Source of the DNA: Octopus bimaculoides
Lineage: Eukaryota
Direction of reading: 5' to 3'
NCBI RefSeq assembly: GCF_001194135.2
Contig: NC_068983.1
Span: 165,722,966 to 165,756,965, forward strand
Length of the DNA stretch: 34,000 bases
Shown one piece after another: positions 20,394 to 29,278 of the stretch. Position 1 is the first letter of the stretch. Every line of letters begins with the position of its first letter. The translations under genes were made by a program, and so were the position numbers. The notes under the pieces are model-generated. The model did not search any database and had not been told where the DNA came from. It worked only from the letters and a program-made list of their open reading frames with translations.

Positions 20394-20706
20394 TCCGACG
20401 GATACAACGAGGAATGTTCCAGTTGATCCGATCAAAGGAGCAGCCTGTTCGTAAAATTAAGGTGCAAGTGGCTGAGTGGCCCCACAGACAAGCGTACCCT
20501 TGACGTAGTTCTCAGGGAGATTCAGCATGACGCTGAATGGGGCAAGCTGGCTCCTTTCAATTTCAGGGGCTGCTCCTTTTTTACCAACTGAGTGGACTGC
20601 AACAATGTGAAATAAGTGTCTTGCTCAAGGACACGTCACGTTGTCGAGTATGGAACTCACGACCTTACCAGCCGATTACCCTAACTACTTAGCCACGCGC
20701 CTTCAC
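20394..20706 (-). mobile_element. SINE family C, full length
   Basis: Collinear with the reverse complement of 5737-6012 and includes the central ctgagtggactgcaacaatgtgaaataagtgtcttgctcaaggacac segment. Confidence 0.9.
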
Positions 20707-20805
20707 ATAAATGTACTCTCTGTGTGCCACAATGGCTAATGGCAATCGCCATCACTGGTCGATGTTTAATTGGTTCGAGAAAGATTAAAGGAGCCAACAA
20801 GGCAT

Positions 20806-21037
20806 TGTTGCGGAAGAATTCTCACACCGCCCACCCCAACCCCCCAAGTGACTAAAGGTGGACTAACTCATTGTTAGTGAGTGATTAGTTTTTCGGGTTA
20901 GTAAGCAGTTCATTGTGAGCCGTTGATTGAGGGCGTTGAGTTTCGTGTAATAGTGATCGTATTGCGTCGTGTAAATACTTTCTTCCCCCACCCCGCCTGC
21001 TTCGTTAAATTATATATCCAACGCCAGGGTATAAACG
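20806..21037 (+). mobile_element. Probable 5' LTR of a Ty3/gypsy element
   Basis: Starts TGTTGCGG and ends immediately before the PBS; left boundary inferred, no second LTR in the window. Confidence 0.45.
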
Positions 21038-21047
21038 TGGCGACGAG
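21038..21047 (+). other. Primer-binding site TGGCGACGAG (tRNA-Ser GCU type)
   Basis: Complementary to the ...CTCGTCGCCA 3' end of tRNA-Ser(GCU); 70 bp upstream of the gag ATG. Confidence 0.7.
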
Positions 21048-21117
21048 TTGTTCGAAGCCTGCGTTGGACATTTAAATTTATTTTTTAGTACGAAATCAAA
21101 GGAAAAATCGTTTTAAC

Positions 21118-21470
21118 ATGGAAGATTTATTAACCTCCGTGGTACAACAGCAACAGCAACAGCAGCAACTGTAGCAGCAACAGCAGCAACTGTAGCAGCA
21201 ACAGCAGCAAATACAACAGCAACTACAAAATCAACAGTTGCTGGAATTAATGTTGAAGAAGTCTGAAAATACGTCCGGTTCATACTCGCTGGACAGCGTA
21301 GCAAACTCAATTGAAGAATTCAGCTATAATCCAGAAGAAGGGATTACCTTTTCTGGATATTTTCGAAGATACGAAAGAAATCTTCAAAGAAGAATGTAAA
21401 AGTTGGTCCGACGAGAAAAAAGTACGACTACTTTCAAGAAAGTTATTTCCTGCCGAACGCGAAAAATCTA
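21118..21470 (+). pseudogene. Ty3/gypsy (Mag/K02A2.6-like) gag N-terminus, truncated, with stops and a frameshift
   Basis: MEDLLTSVV-polyQ...SVANSIEEFSYNPEEGITFSGYFRRYE / EIFKEECKSWSDEKKVRLLSRKL; two TAG stops in the Q tract. Confidence 0.8.
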
Positions 21471-21489
21471 TGATGATAGCTGTTGTTAT

Positions 21490-21566
21490 TGCTCAACCTC
21501 AGATCAACTCTGATCAAGCAGATTTATGATCAGAGTTATTCCAACCGTGTCCATCTCGCCCTTTCG
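21490..21566 (+). mobile_element. Family F 5' fragment truncating gag
   Basis: cagatcaactctgatcaagcagatttatgatcagagttattccaaccgtgtccatctcgcc aligns to 17653-17705. Confidence 0.55.
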
Positions 21567-21828
21567 GGGCTTGTTTTTAGCATCACAATGGTAGATTTAA
21601 TCCTGGTATCCGGTTTATCAACACCGCCTTGATCTTGGGTGTTTTCTTGGCGACGTCCAGATTCAAAGATGTATTCAATCCAGGATTCCGGTCTGAGAAT
21701 AACTTCATCCCCTCCGCCATCTCGTTTCAGAAGCCCTTAAAAGGGTCTCAGAGATTTCCTTCCTCTTCCGATTAACTAATAAACAAAACATCCTATACAG
21801 TATCTTGTGCATTTTTGCTTTTTTTTTT

Positions 21829-22187
21829 TCTTGTTTCAGTCACTGGGCCACGGCCACGCTGGGCATCCTCTTGAAGGGTTGACCCCAACACACAGACAAC
21901 GGTAGTTATTTAGTTTAATCGGTTTCTTTCATCAAACGGCTAGGCTGTGGGGACGTAAACAAACCAGCACCTATTGTCAAGCGGTGATGGGGGACAAACA
22001 CAGATACACACACACACACACACACACACACAGATATGTATATATACGACGGGCTTCCACACAGTTTCCGTCTACCAAATTCACTTGCAGGGTATTGCTC
22101 AACCAGGAACTTTAGTAGAAGACACTTGCCCAAACTGCCGTGCATTGGGACCGAACCCGAAGCAAAGCGAACTTCCTAACCCCACAG
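21829..22187 (-). mobile_element. SINE family B, full length
   Basis: ggggacgtaaacaaaccagc...gtcaagcggtgatggggacaaac (CA)n tatacgacgggcttcc...cagtttccgtctaccaaattcac...agaagacacttgccc. Confidence 0.85.
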
Positions 22188-22309
22188 CTGTGCCTTCTTC
22201 CCTTTCTAAAATAGTAAAGTATGAAGTAAAGTTTGGCTGCTACTTTTAGCAGTTTGTATAGAGTCTCCCTTTTGGCTCACTTTCCAATTACATATTTGCT
22301 TGGTTAGGC

Positions 22310-22420
22310 GCTGGTCAAAAAGGGTGCGCAATATCCGTTCTTTAGTTCAAAATCTACCCGGATGGAAAATAAGTACCAGACTGGGTGGATGTTTGACTTG
22401 GCAAGTTTGATGGCCATCTC
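22310..22420 (+). mobile_element. Highly degenerate SINE family A remnant
   Basis: gttctttagttcaaaatctacc...aaaataagtaccagactgggtggatg. Confidence 0.45.
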
Positions 22421-22444
22421 GACACGGAGTTTCCATTTCGCCAG

Positions 22445-22516
22445 AACAGTTTCTAAGAAAAACAACCCGAAACAGATAGAATCTTATGTGGAACGATCAG
22501 AACCACCCACACAATG
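22445..22516 (+). CDS. Candidate 72-nt internal exon (unverified)
   Basis: tttccatttcgccAG acceptor, G|GTAAGG donor, symmetric phase 2-2, one open frame TVSKKNNPKQIESYVERSEPPTQW; no homology recognised. Confidence 0.15.
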
Positions 22517-22799
22517 GTAAGGAACAATTTGAGACCAAATGGAAATGGTTAAACGATTCAGAGAGCAAGATAGGAATCGAGACTGCTGAAGAAACCAGAG
22601 ATATCAGAGTTATTGCGTTGTACACACATATATATATATATTCGTTTCATTTTAATAGCACAAGATATACGCATAAATACACATAGATATACGCATAGAT
22701 ACGCATAGATAAATATACACGCTCACATACGCTAACATTATGTCTCAATATGTAAAAGCAGGTTTATGTCTATAAGCATGGGTGTATGTATTCATGCGT

Positions 22800-23075
22800 G
22801 CTCATGTATGTACGTATGATTGTGTGCGCGCGCGTCTGTGTGTGTGTGTAAGCATGAATGTTTGTATGCATACATGTATGGATGTATGCTTATATGTATG
22901 TGTCAATGTGTGAGTGTAAGTGTGTGTATGTGTATGTGTGTGTGTGTAAGCAAGAATGTTTGTATGTATATATGGATGTATGCTTATATATGTGTGTGAA
23001 TGTGTGAATGTAGGTGTGTGTATGTGTGTATGTAAGAAAGAATGTTTGTATGTATATATGTATGCATGGATATGT
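22800..23075. repeat. (TG)n/(TATG)n degenerate microsatellite
   Basis: Direct inspection. Confidence 0.85.
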
Positions 23076-23087
23076 AGAGGGAGGAGG

Positions 23088-23240
23088 GTGGTGCAGGCTT
23101 CTGCATAGTTTCCGACTATCACAGTCTCACAAAGTTTAGTCATTCCGATGCTATGGCAGAAGGCATTTAGCAAAGTGTTGCGATGGTTCGAAACTGGAGC
23201 TGGGTGGTTGAGAAGCGAACTTGTTGCTCACCAAACCACA
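23088..23240 (-). mobile_element. Old SINE family B head fragment
   Basis: caggcttctgcatagtttccgactatcacagtctcacaaag...ggttgagaagcgaac aligns loosely to 3605-3780. Confidence 0.5.
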
Positions 23241-23645
23241 CCTTCCACTCCTCCTCCCACCACCTCCACCACCACCACCATCAAGCAACCACTTCATCAG
23301 CTCCACAGTTACTGCTAAAGTTATTCAATCTCTCTGACACTCTTAACTAAGTGTTTCTATAGACAACAACTTCAAGTTACCTTCATATATTTATGAGCTT
23401 GTCTGACATATTTGCAAAATGTAAATAAATTCAAAACTCTCAAAGCTAACACACAGCTTGAAATAGGAGACTCTCTATTTCAGTGAAACGAATATCACAT
23501 TCCTGACAACTGGCCACTGGATTTCTCAGAATAACATATTTCCAGTTTCCAGTGAAAAGTAAACACCTCACTCTAACTCATTATTTTCTTGCCAAAATAG
23601 TTATTCCGATGTTTTATATTAAACCCAAATTCTCTATCGTGTAAT

Positions 23646-23838
23646 GTTGGTTTCAAATTTTGCCACAAGGGCAGCCATTTTGGGAGAGGGGATGAGTCGA
23701 TAACCTCGCCCCCAGTATGCAACTGGTACTTAATTTATCAACTTTGAAAGGATGAAAGGCAAAGTCGACCTCGGCGGGATTTGAACTCAGAACATAAGTC
23801 CAGAAGAAATGCTGCTAAGCATCTTGCCCAGCGTTTTA
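23646..23838 (-). mobile_element. SINE family A
   Basis: ctggtacttaatttatcaactttgaaaggatgaaaggcaaagtcgacctcggcgggatttgaactcagaac. Confidence 0.9.
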
Positions 23839-23858
23839 GCCGGATAAGTTTGGAAGTA

Positions 23859-24112
23859 CAGTGAACCCTCGCCGTATCGCGGTTCCCCTATCGCGGTTCC
23901 TCTATCGCGGTTCCCCTATCGCGGTTTATTATTCAAGCTTACGTCGATTCCTCTGTGGTGTTGTTTTGCACGTATAATAAAATAAATAGATACAAATTAT
24001 AAAAATAATTACAAAAAATATACAGCACAGTATTGTTTCTACTTCGTGGATTTTCACCTTTCGCAGGGGTTGGGGTTGGAAGGTAACAGCCGCGATACTC
24101 GAGAGATTACTG
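23859..24112. mobile_element. pogo/Tigger-like (Tc1/mariner superfamily) MITE
   Basis: TA then CAGTGAACCCTCGCCGTATCGCGG on the left; right end reverse complement CAGTAATCTCTCGAGTATCGCGG; right TSD is TT rather than TA. Confidence 0.8.
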
Positions 24113-24274
24113 TTTATTTTTGTCACAATGGGTAATATGAGAAAATAGGACATACATTTAAAATTATAATTCAAAGGTTACCAAAATTTCTTGGTGTTTA
24201 TGCAAAATAATGCTTTTTAAGCCACGTTGATAGTTGAGTGCTGATTATTATTATTATTACTATTATTATTATTA

Positions 24275-24468
24275 AGGCAGCGAGCTGGCATAATCGTTAG
24301 CACGCCGGGCGAAACGCTTAGCAGTATTTCGTCCGCCGCTACGTTGTGAGTTCAAATTCCGCTGAGGTCGACATTGCCTTTCATCCCTTTGGGGTCAATG
24401 TAATCGATTAGCCCCCAGACCCAAAATTTCAGGTTTTGTGTCTTTCGTGGAAAGGATTATTACTATCG
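24275..24468 (+). mobile_element. SINE family A, young-looking, with internal deletion between two GGGGTC motifs
   Basis: Intact head ggcagcgagctggcataatcgttagcacgccgggcgaaacgcttagc; core jumps from tcatcccttt to ggggtcaatgtaatcga. Confidence 0.9.
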
Positions 24469-24815
24469 CTTTACTTCTCGGAGCGTTCAGTCATGTTTGT
24501 TCTGGTAGATTCTGTCAGAGCAGACAGCAGCCTTCTATCAGAGGTCTCATAGGGTCTCTTTCCGCACATTATAAGCTTTGATATTTGGTTGTTAATTATC
24601 GTGGGAGACATCCAACATCCAAGTGTCAATCTCAAAACCCTAACCCTGTCCCCAGCAGAGCAGTATTTCGGGGTTCGCTCTGCTCTCGTGTCAATTCCGC
24701 TTTCTTGGTTCCTAGTGCTCCGAGTGCCCCCTACAACGACTGGAATAACAGACACTCTCCTCATGGTCCACATTCTTGCAATTTCGTCTTTTAGTAGTCT
24801 GTACTTTTCAATCTT
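24468..24815 (-). mobile_element. R4-like RLE element 3' end, type iii
   Basis: KIEKYRLLKDEIARMWTMRRVSVIPVVVG / ALGA...TALLGT..RVLRLTLGC plus UTR. Confidence 0.8.
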
Positions 24816-24912
24816 ATTATTATTATTAATTATTATTATTATTAATTATTATTATTATTATTATTAATTATTATTATTATTATTAATTATTATTATTATT
24901 ATTATTATTATG
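24814..24912. repeat. (TAT)n microsatellite
   Basis: Direct inspection. Confidence 0.95.
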
Positions 24913-24914
24913 AC

Positions 24915-25045
24915 ATCAGAGTTGCCTTTTATTCATTCAACTGTTGATAAAATAAAATACCTGTCGAGAGCTGGGATCGATGTAATCGACTAAAGCCCTC
25001 ACCTCACAATTACCGGCCTTGTGCCTCAATTGAAAACAGTTAATG
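24915..25045 (+). mobile_element. SINE family A, 3' half
   Basis: gttgcctttt...gttgataaaataaaatacc...gggatcgatgtaatcgact...ggccttgtgcctcaattgaaa. Confidence 0.7.
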
Positions 25046-25074
25046 TTGTTGTTGTTTTTGTTGTTGAGGCTGTA

Positions 25075-25300
25075 GGATGGAAGAATTGGCTAAAGCGCCA
25101 AATTAAATTCCTAAACATATATCGATTCGTTCTTCCAAATCTTGCAATTCAAAACCTGACGACGTCAACTTCCCCTTTCGTTTCTCCTAGTTGATATAAT
25201 AATAAGTCCCTAGAGATGTGTGTATTTGGGACTGAATCAGTGACTGTACAACCTACCAGATAACTCTGTGGGCCCTGTGCCAAACTTTAGAAGCCATTAA
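25075..25300 (+). mobile_element. Very old SINE family A copy
   Basis: caattcaaaacctgacgacgtcaacttcccctttc...gttgatataataataagt...gggccctgtgccaaactttagaagccatt. Confidence 0.45.
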
Positions 25301-25484
25301 TACACTTAAACTATGTGTATTTCATCTGGAATGTTTCTAGAGCCAACAGAAAGTTAATCTGTGTTAAATGTCACGGCTGATGTGAAGGCAATTTAGATCG
25401 AATCTAGGCTTTTAATAACTACAATACTGTTGTACTTTTGTAATTAGAACACAATGAGCCTTCTCTCATTCTTTATCTATGTAC

Positions 25485-25831
25485 TGGCGTGTGTGTGTGA
25501 GTGTGTGAGTGAGAGAGAGAGTGTGTGTGTGTGAGAGAGAGTGTATGTGGCTCTGTGTGTGTGAGTGTCTTTCTGTGCGTGTGAGTGTGTGTGTATATGT
25601 GTGTATGTGTATGTCAGTCTATCTCTGTAAATGTTTTTTTTTCCTGTGAAGTTTATGCATAAAAAACATTGAGCATTAAATTGAAGAATTTCTCAATACT
25701 TTCTAGTACAGTACATATTTAAATTCGAAGTCCCTGTCAACATTTTTCTCGTAAAAATTATATATAAATGTATGTATGTATATGTATACAAACATACACA
25801 CATACATACATACATACATACACACACAGAT

Positions 25832-25907
<76 letters not shown>

Positions 25908-25908
25908 A
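25485..25908. repeat. (GT/GA)n, (TACA)n and (TA)n microsatellites
   Basis: Direct inspection (two tracts separated by ~140 bp of unique sequence). Confidence 0.85.
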
Positions 25909-26375
25909 AAGCAAAATAATTGAGATTCAGATGAATTACGTACCTAAGTTGAGGCACCAAAAATTAATGCGGAATTATCCGTACAGTTTCAAAATAAGGT
26001 GAATAAAATCAAAATAAGGAACAGGATACCCAGAGGTGACACAATACAATGCAGTTTTTTTCTGATGTCTTAGTAGCTTCTAAGCTGAAGTGAATACAGC
26101 ACAAGCACAGATACACACACACACGTGTGTGTGTGCGCACGTGCGTATGTCCGTGTTTGTGTGTGTGCGTGTGTGTTTGGTTTAATTTAACCTAGTTTTC
26201 TGTTCAAATGATATTGCCAACAAAATGTAAGATTTGAATTTTGCTCCAAATGCTAGGTCAGTGGCTTGTTGTTGACCTTAGAGAACCATCCATTTGTTCA
26301 AACGAAGGGAGGGTTGTGACGGGTCCATGTATGTATACATACATACATACATACATGCATTCATACATACATACA

Positions 26376-26548
26376 AACTATATGCATGCGAATACATACA
26401 TAAAGCAAAGCATACAAATTTGCACATATACATACATACAAAAATACCCTGTTGATGTTGTTGAAATTCCAATGAAGGAACTTTGGATCTAGGTTAGAAA
26501 CCGGCTCTTTCTCTATTGGCAAGAAATCTTGAAATAAACTGAATAATG
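26376..26548 (+). mobile_element. Terminal 3' UTR of R4-like type iv element (copy b)
   Basis: Starts with aactatatgcatgcgaatacatacataaa, which recurs at 26737-26765 just after the type iv stop codon; ends gaaataaactgaataatga before (CATA)n. Confidence 0.6.
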
Positions 26549-26566
26549 ACATACATACATACATAA

Positions 26567-26765
26567 TATGTAACACACTGCCTAAATACCAATCTTGAGA
26601 AATTAGGCTTCTCAAAACCAGAAAGGAGAAAACTAATTCGAAGACTACAGATCCATTCCATCACTGGAACTGTAAGAATCTGTAAAACTTTACAGAAGTT
26701 TATCATTTAAATATATATGAGTACGTGTAGATATGTAACTATATGCATGAGAATACATACATAAA
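26567..26765 (+). mobile_element. R4-like type iv C-terminus plus start of 3' UTR (copy c)
   Basis: YVTHCLNTNLEKLGFSKPERRKLIRRLQIHSITGTVRICKTLQKFII* (26567-26710), an RLE C-terminal motif. Linking it to the RT copies as one family is an inference. Confidence 0.7.
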
Positions 26766-26896
26766 ATTAGAAAAGCACTCGAAGAGCGCAGACCTCCGCC
26801 AAGTAGCCCATTTCCACCCATATACACGCATGCTGAAAATCACCCAATTTCCCAAACCAACGCCGGCAAAAACATAACCTCCTTGGCGGGGTTTAA
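26764..26896 (-). mobile_element. Minimal Helentron-type non-autonomous element (HINE/DINE-like)
   Basis: Reverse complement: 5' accccgccaaggaggttatgtttt, 3' subTIR cttggcggaggtct, terminal hairpin gcgctc-ttc-gagtgc, then ttttctaatt. Confidence 0.7.
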
Positions 26897-27039
26897 AAAA
26901 ATAACACAACCATATGATTTAAAGGAAAAAAAACCCTTTAAAAACAGGAATCATCTGAAGCAGTTATAATACATCAATGACAACAGCAAACTAGTTTCAC
27001 CATACAACTAAAAAGAAACAACAATTACTTAAAACTTGA

Positions 27040-27162
27040 GTGATACACACACAACATACATACATACACACACACACATACATACATACATACATACATA
27101 CATACATACATACATACATACATACATACATACATACATGCATATACATGCATACATACATT
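27040..27162. repeat. (TACA)n microsatellite
   Basis: Direct inspection. Confidence 0.95.
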
Positions 27163-27606
27163 AGTTTACTGCTTTTCCCACATCTGTCCCTTTTGTGCAT
27201 CAGGTATTTGGTTGATATTTCCTGTCCCTGGATTGCAAACGGATACCCTTCAAAGTGGGAGGTAGTAATCCAGGTGTTGGTCCATGATAAACTGCTTTGA
27301 TGATCGATGTCATTATCACCCTGGAGCTTTCTATCCATGCATGGTCTTCTGGTCATATATGCTCATCCCTTCATCGGATGATACGTCGCGGTAGAGTCAT
27401 GCAACTTCTTTGGGCATGTATTGAAGGTTATCAGACAAGGAATACTGCTCAAGGAGCTGCTTTCCAAGTCTTATGATGTTATCAGCCTCATGTATACAAA
27501 CTTGGTCAAGGGATGCACTTCGACACTTGATGGTTAAAAGATATTGCCGAAGGGATATGATGCGACATTCAAAGGCATTTTGGATTGATGTTAAGCCTCT
27601 GCCACC

Positions 27607-28311
27607 TTATTTTCGTTTCAGGTAGGGGCGGTCTACGTCACTGTTTATGTGAAAATTATGTGTGCTTGTTAGTATTTTTCGAGTTTTCACATCAATGGCT
27701 CGGATTTCATCAGACGTCCAATCAAGCAGCCCAAAGGTTGGTATGAGTACTGGCACTGCAAACACATTGTGGGCCACTGTTTTATTGAATGCAGAGAGTT
27801 CAGAGGTCCAAAATTTCTTTATTCGGCTGAAATATTCTTTAGTGACAGGTATTTTGTTACAGGTGCCATTGTAAGATATATTTTCATCCACCCCTAGATG
27901 CCTGTAACATTCCTCATCAGATATAAGGGGAAAAGTTAAGTCATTGATGGAGATGTTACTAGTCTGGTTTACAGTCTTCCCTCTTTCCACAACCATATAA
28001 CAACGTTTATCCTGACCAAACTCTAACTCTATATCTGTTGAAAATGTTGTAACCAAGTCAAAGCTTAATTTCATCTCGTGCATATTCTTTGCATACAATT
28101 TCAAGTCATCCACAAAGAAACCGTGTGTAATTTTGGTATTTCTGTTTCCTTGTGAACCAGTCAGATATCCTTCAGACTTCTTTAACATGAATGACAAAGG
28201 GTTTACAGAAAGTATAAACAACATCACAGAGAGGCTGTCCCCTTGGAATATGCCTCTGCGATACTGTATTCTCTCAGTGATAATACAGTCACTCTTTGTG
28301 TTTAATTTCAA
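27607..28311 (-). pseudogene. Reverse transcriptase fragment (domains 4-7), R4-like
   Basis: RRGIFQGDSLSVMLFILSVNPL, HGFFVDDLKLYAKN (catalytic xxDD), YRHLGV, followed after a frameshift by GGRGL. Confidence 0.92.
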
Positions 28312-28320
28312 GATGGTGGT

Positions 28321-28614
28321 CTACGATGAAGTCAGATTAGTTATGGCTTTGACTATCCTCACTGGAACTTTAGCAAGTTGAAGGGCTTCTAGCATCCATG
28401 AGTGGGGAACAGAGTCAAAGGCGTTCTTGTCGTCTGGCCACTTTGAAACTAGGTTCCTTCTATGCTCCCACACCTCTGATATTACAGTTTTGTTTATAAA
28501 CAATTTCTCGGCACGTCCCCAGACTCCCTTCTTCCCAGCTGCTTGTTCTGCTGTGATGATGTTATTACTTTCACAATGGTCTTGGAGGAAAAAGTTTAAA
28601 CATGCTGTATACAT
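28321..28614 (-). pseudogene. Reverse transcriptase fragment (domains 2-3), R4-like
   Basis: EQAAGKKGVWG...INK...RRNLVSKWPDDKNAFDSVPHSWMLEAL, a degenerate W(I)DYKKAFDSVPHSW motif. Confidence 0.88.
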
Positions 28615-28899
28615 TCTGTATATTTTTTGCCATGTGGGTGGTTCTTCATCCGGGAATCCGTTTTGTCTCTTCTAGAGCTAACCAGTGTGGTATGCTACTG
28701 TTCCCATTGAGAACTTGCTGACACAATTTGATGAGATACGGTCGGTAGAAGGTTAGCTTCTTGTAACAATATCCAACAGTCAAGTCTCTTCCTGGTACTT
28801 TCCATCAACAAGTTTCTGAATCACAGTTACGAGGGTATCACCATCAGTGCCAGGTGAAATGCAGGGACAATAATTTCCTCGAATCTCTTCCAGTCGCAG

Positions 28900-29205
28900 A
28901 GCATCTTGGTAAAACTCCTATTCACTCCAGATTTTCCTCCAGAAGGAGTCTCTCCTCCCCTCATGTCTCTGTATACTGTTGCCTGGTTCCGGTTAAATTT
29001 TCTGTTTATTGTTCTTCTCTCGGTTGTTCTTTTCTGATGTCGGAGTTTCTCACTGACAGCTTTTAGCTCCTGTTTGAGGCTAATCAGTTTGCAAGTCAGT
29101 GTCCCCTTTTTGCTGTCTCCAAACATCATTTCTATCTCCTTCTTCACTTTCTGTTGGTGCGACTTATAGTGATTTGCTTGTTTGTACGCAATAAGCTTCA
29201 TCACG
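28900..29205 (-). pseudogene. N-terminal region of the same R4-like ORF
   Basis: ISLKQELKAVSEKLRHQKRTTERRTINRKFNRNQATVYRDMRG, a basic pre-RT segment typical of these ORFs. Confidence 0.6.
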
Positions 29206-29278
29206 TGTATGTATGTATGTATGTATGCATGTATGTATGTATGTATGCATGTATGTATGTATGTATGCATGTATGTCT
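29206..29278. repeat. (TATG)n microsatellite with periodic TGCA variants
   Basis: Direct inspection. Confidence 0.95.

Larger units (their letters stand above)
27165..29206 (-). mobile_element. R4/Dong-like non-LTR retrotransposon (type iv), internally deleted and truncated at both ends
   Basis: Collinear N-terminal region, RT domains and post-RT region in several frames, broken by stops, frameshifts and deletions. Confidence 0.9.
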
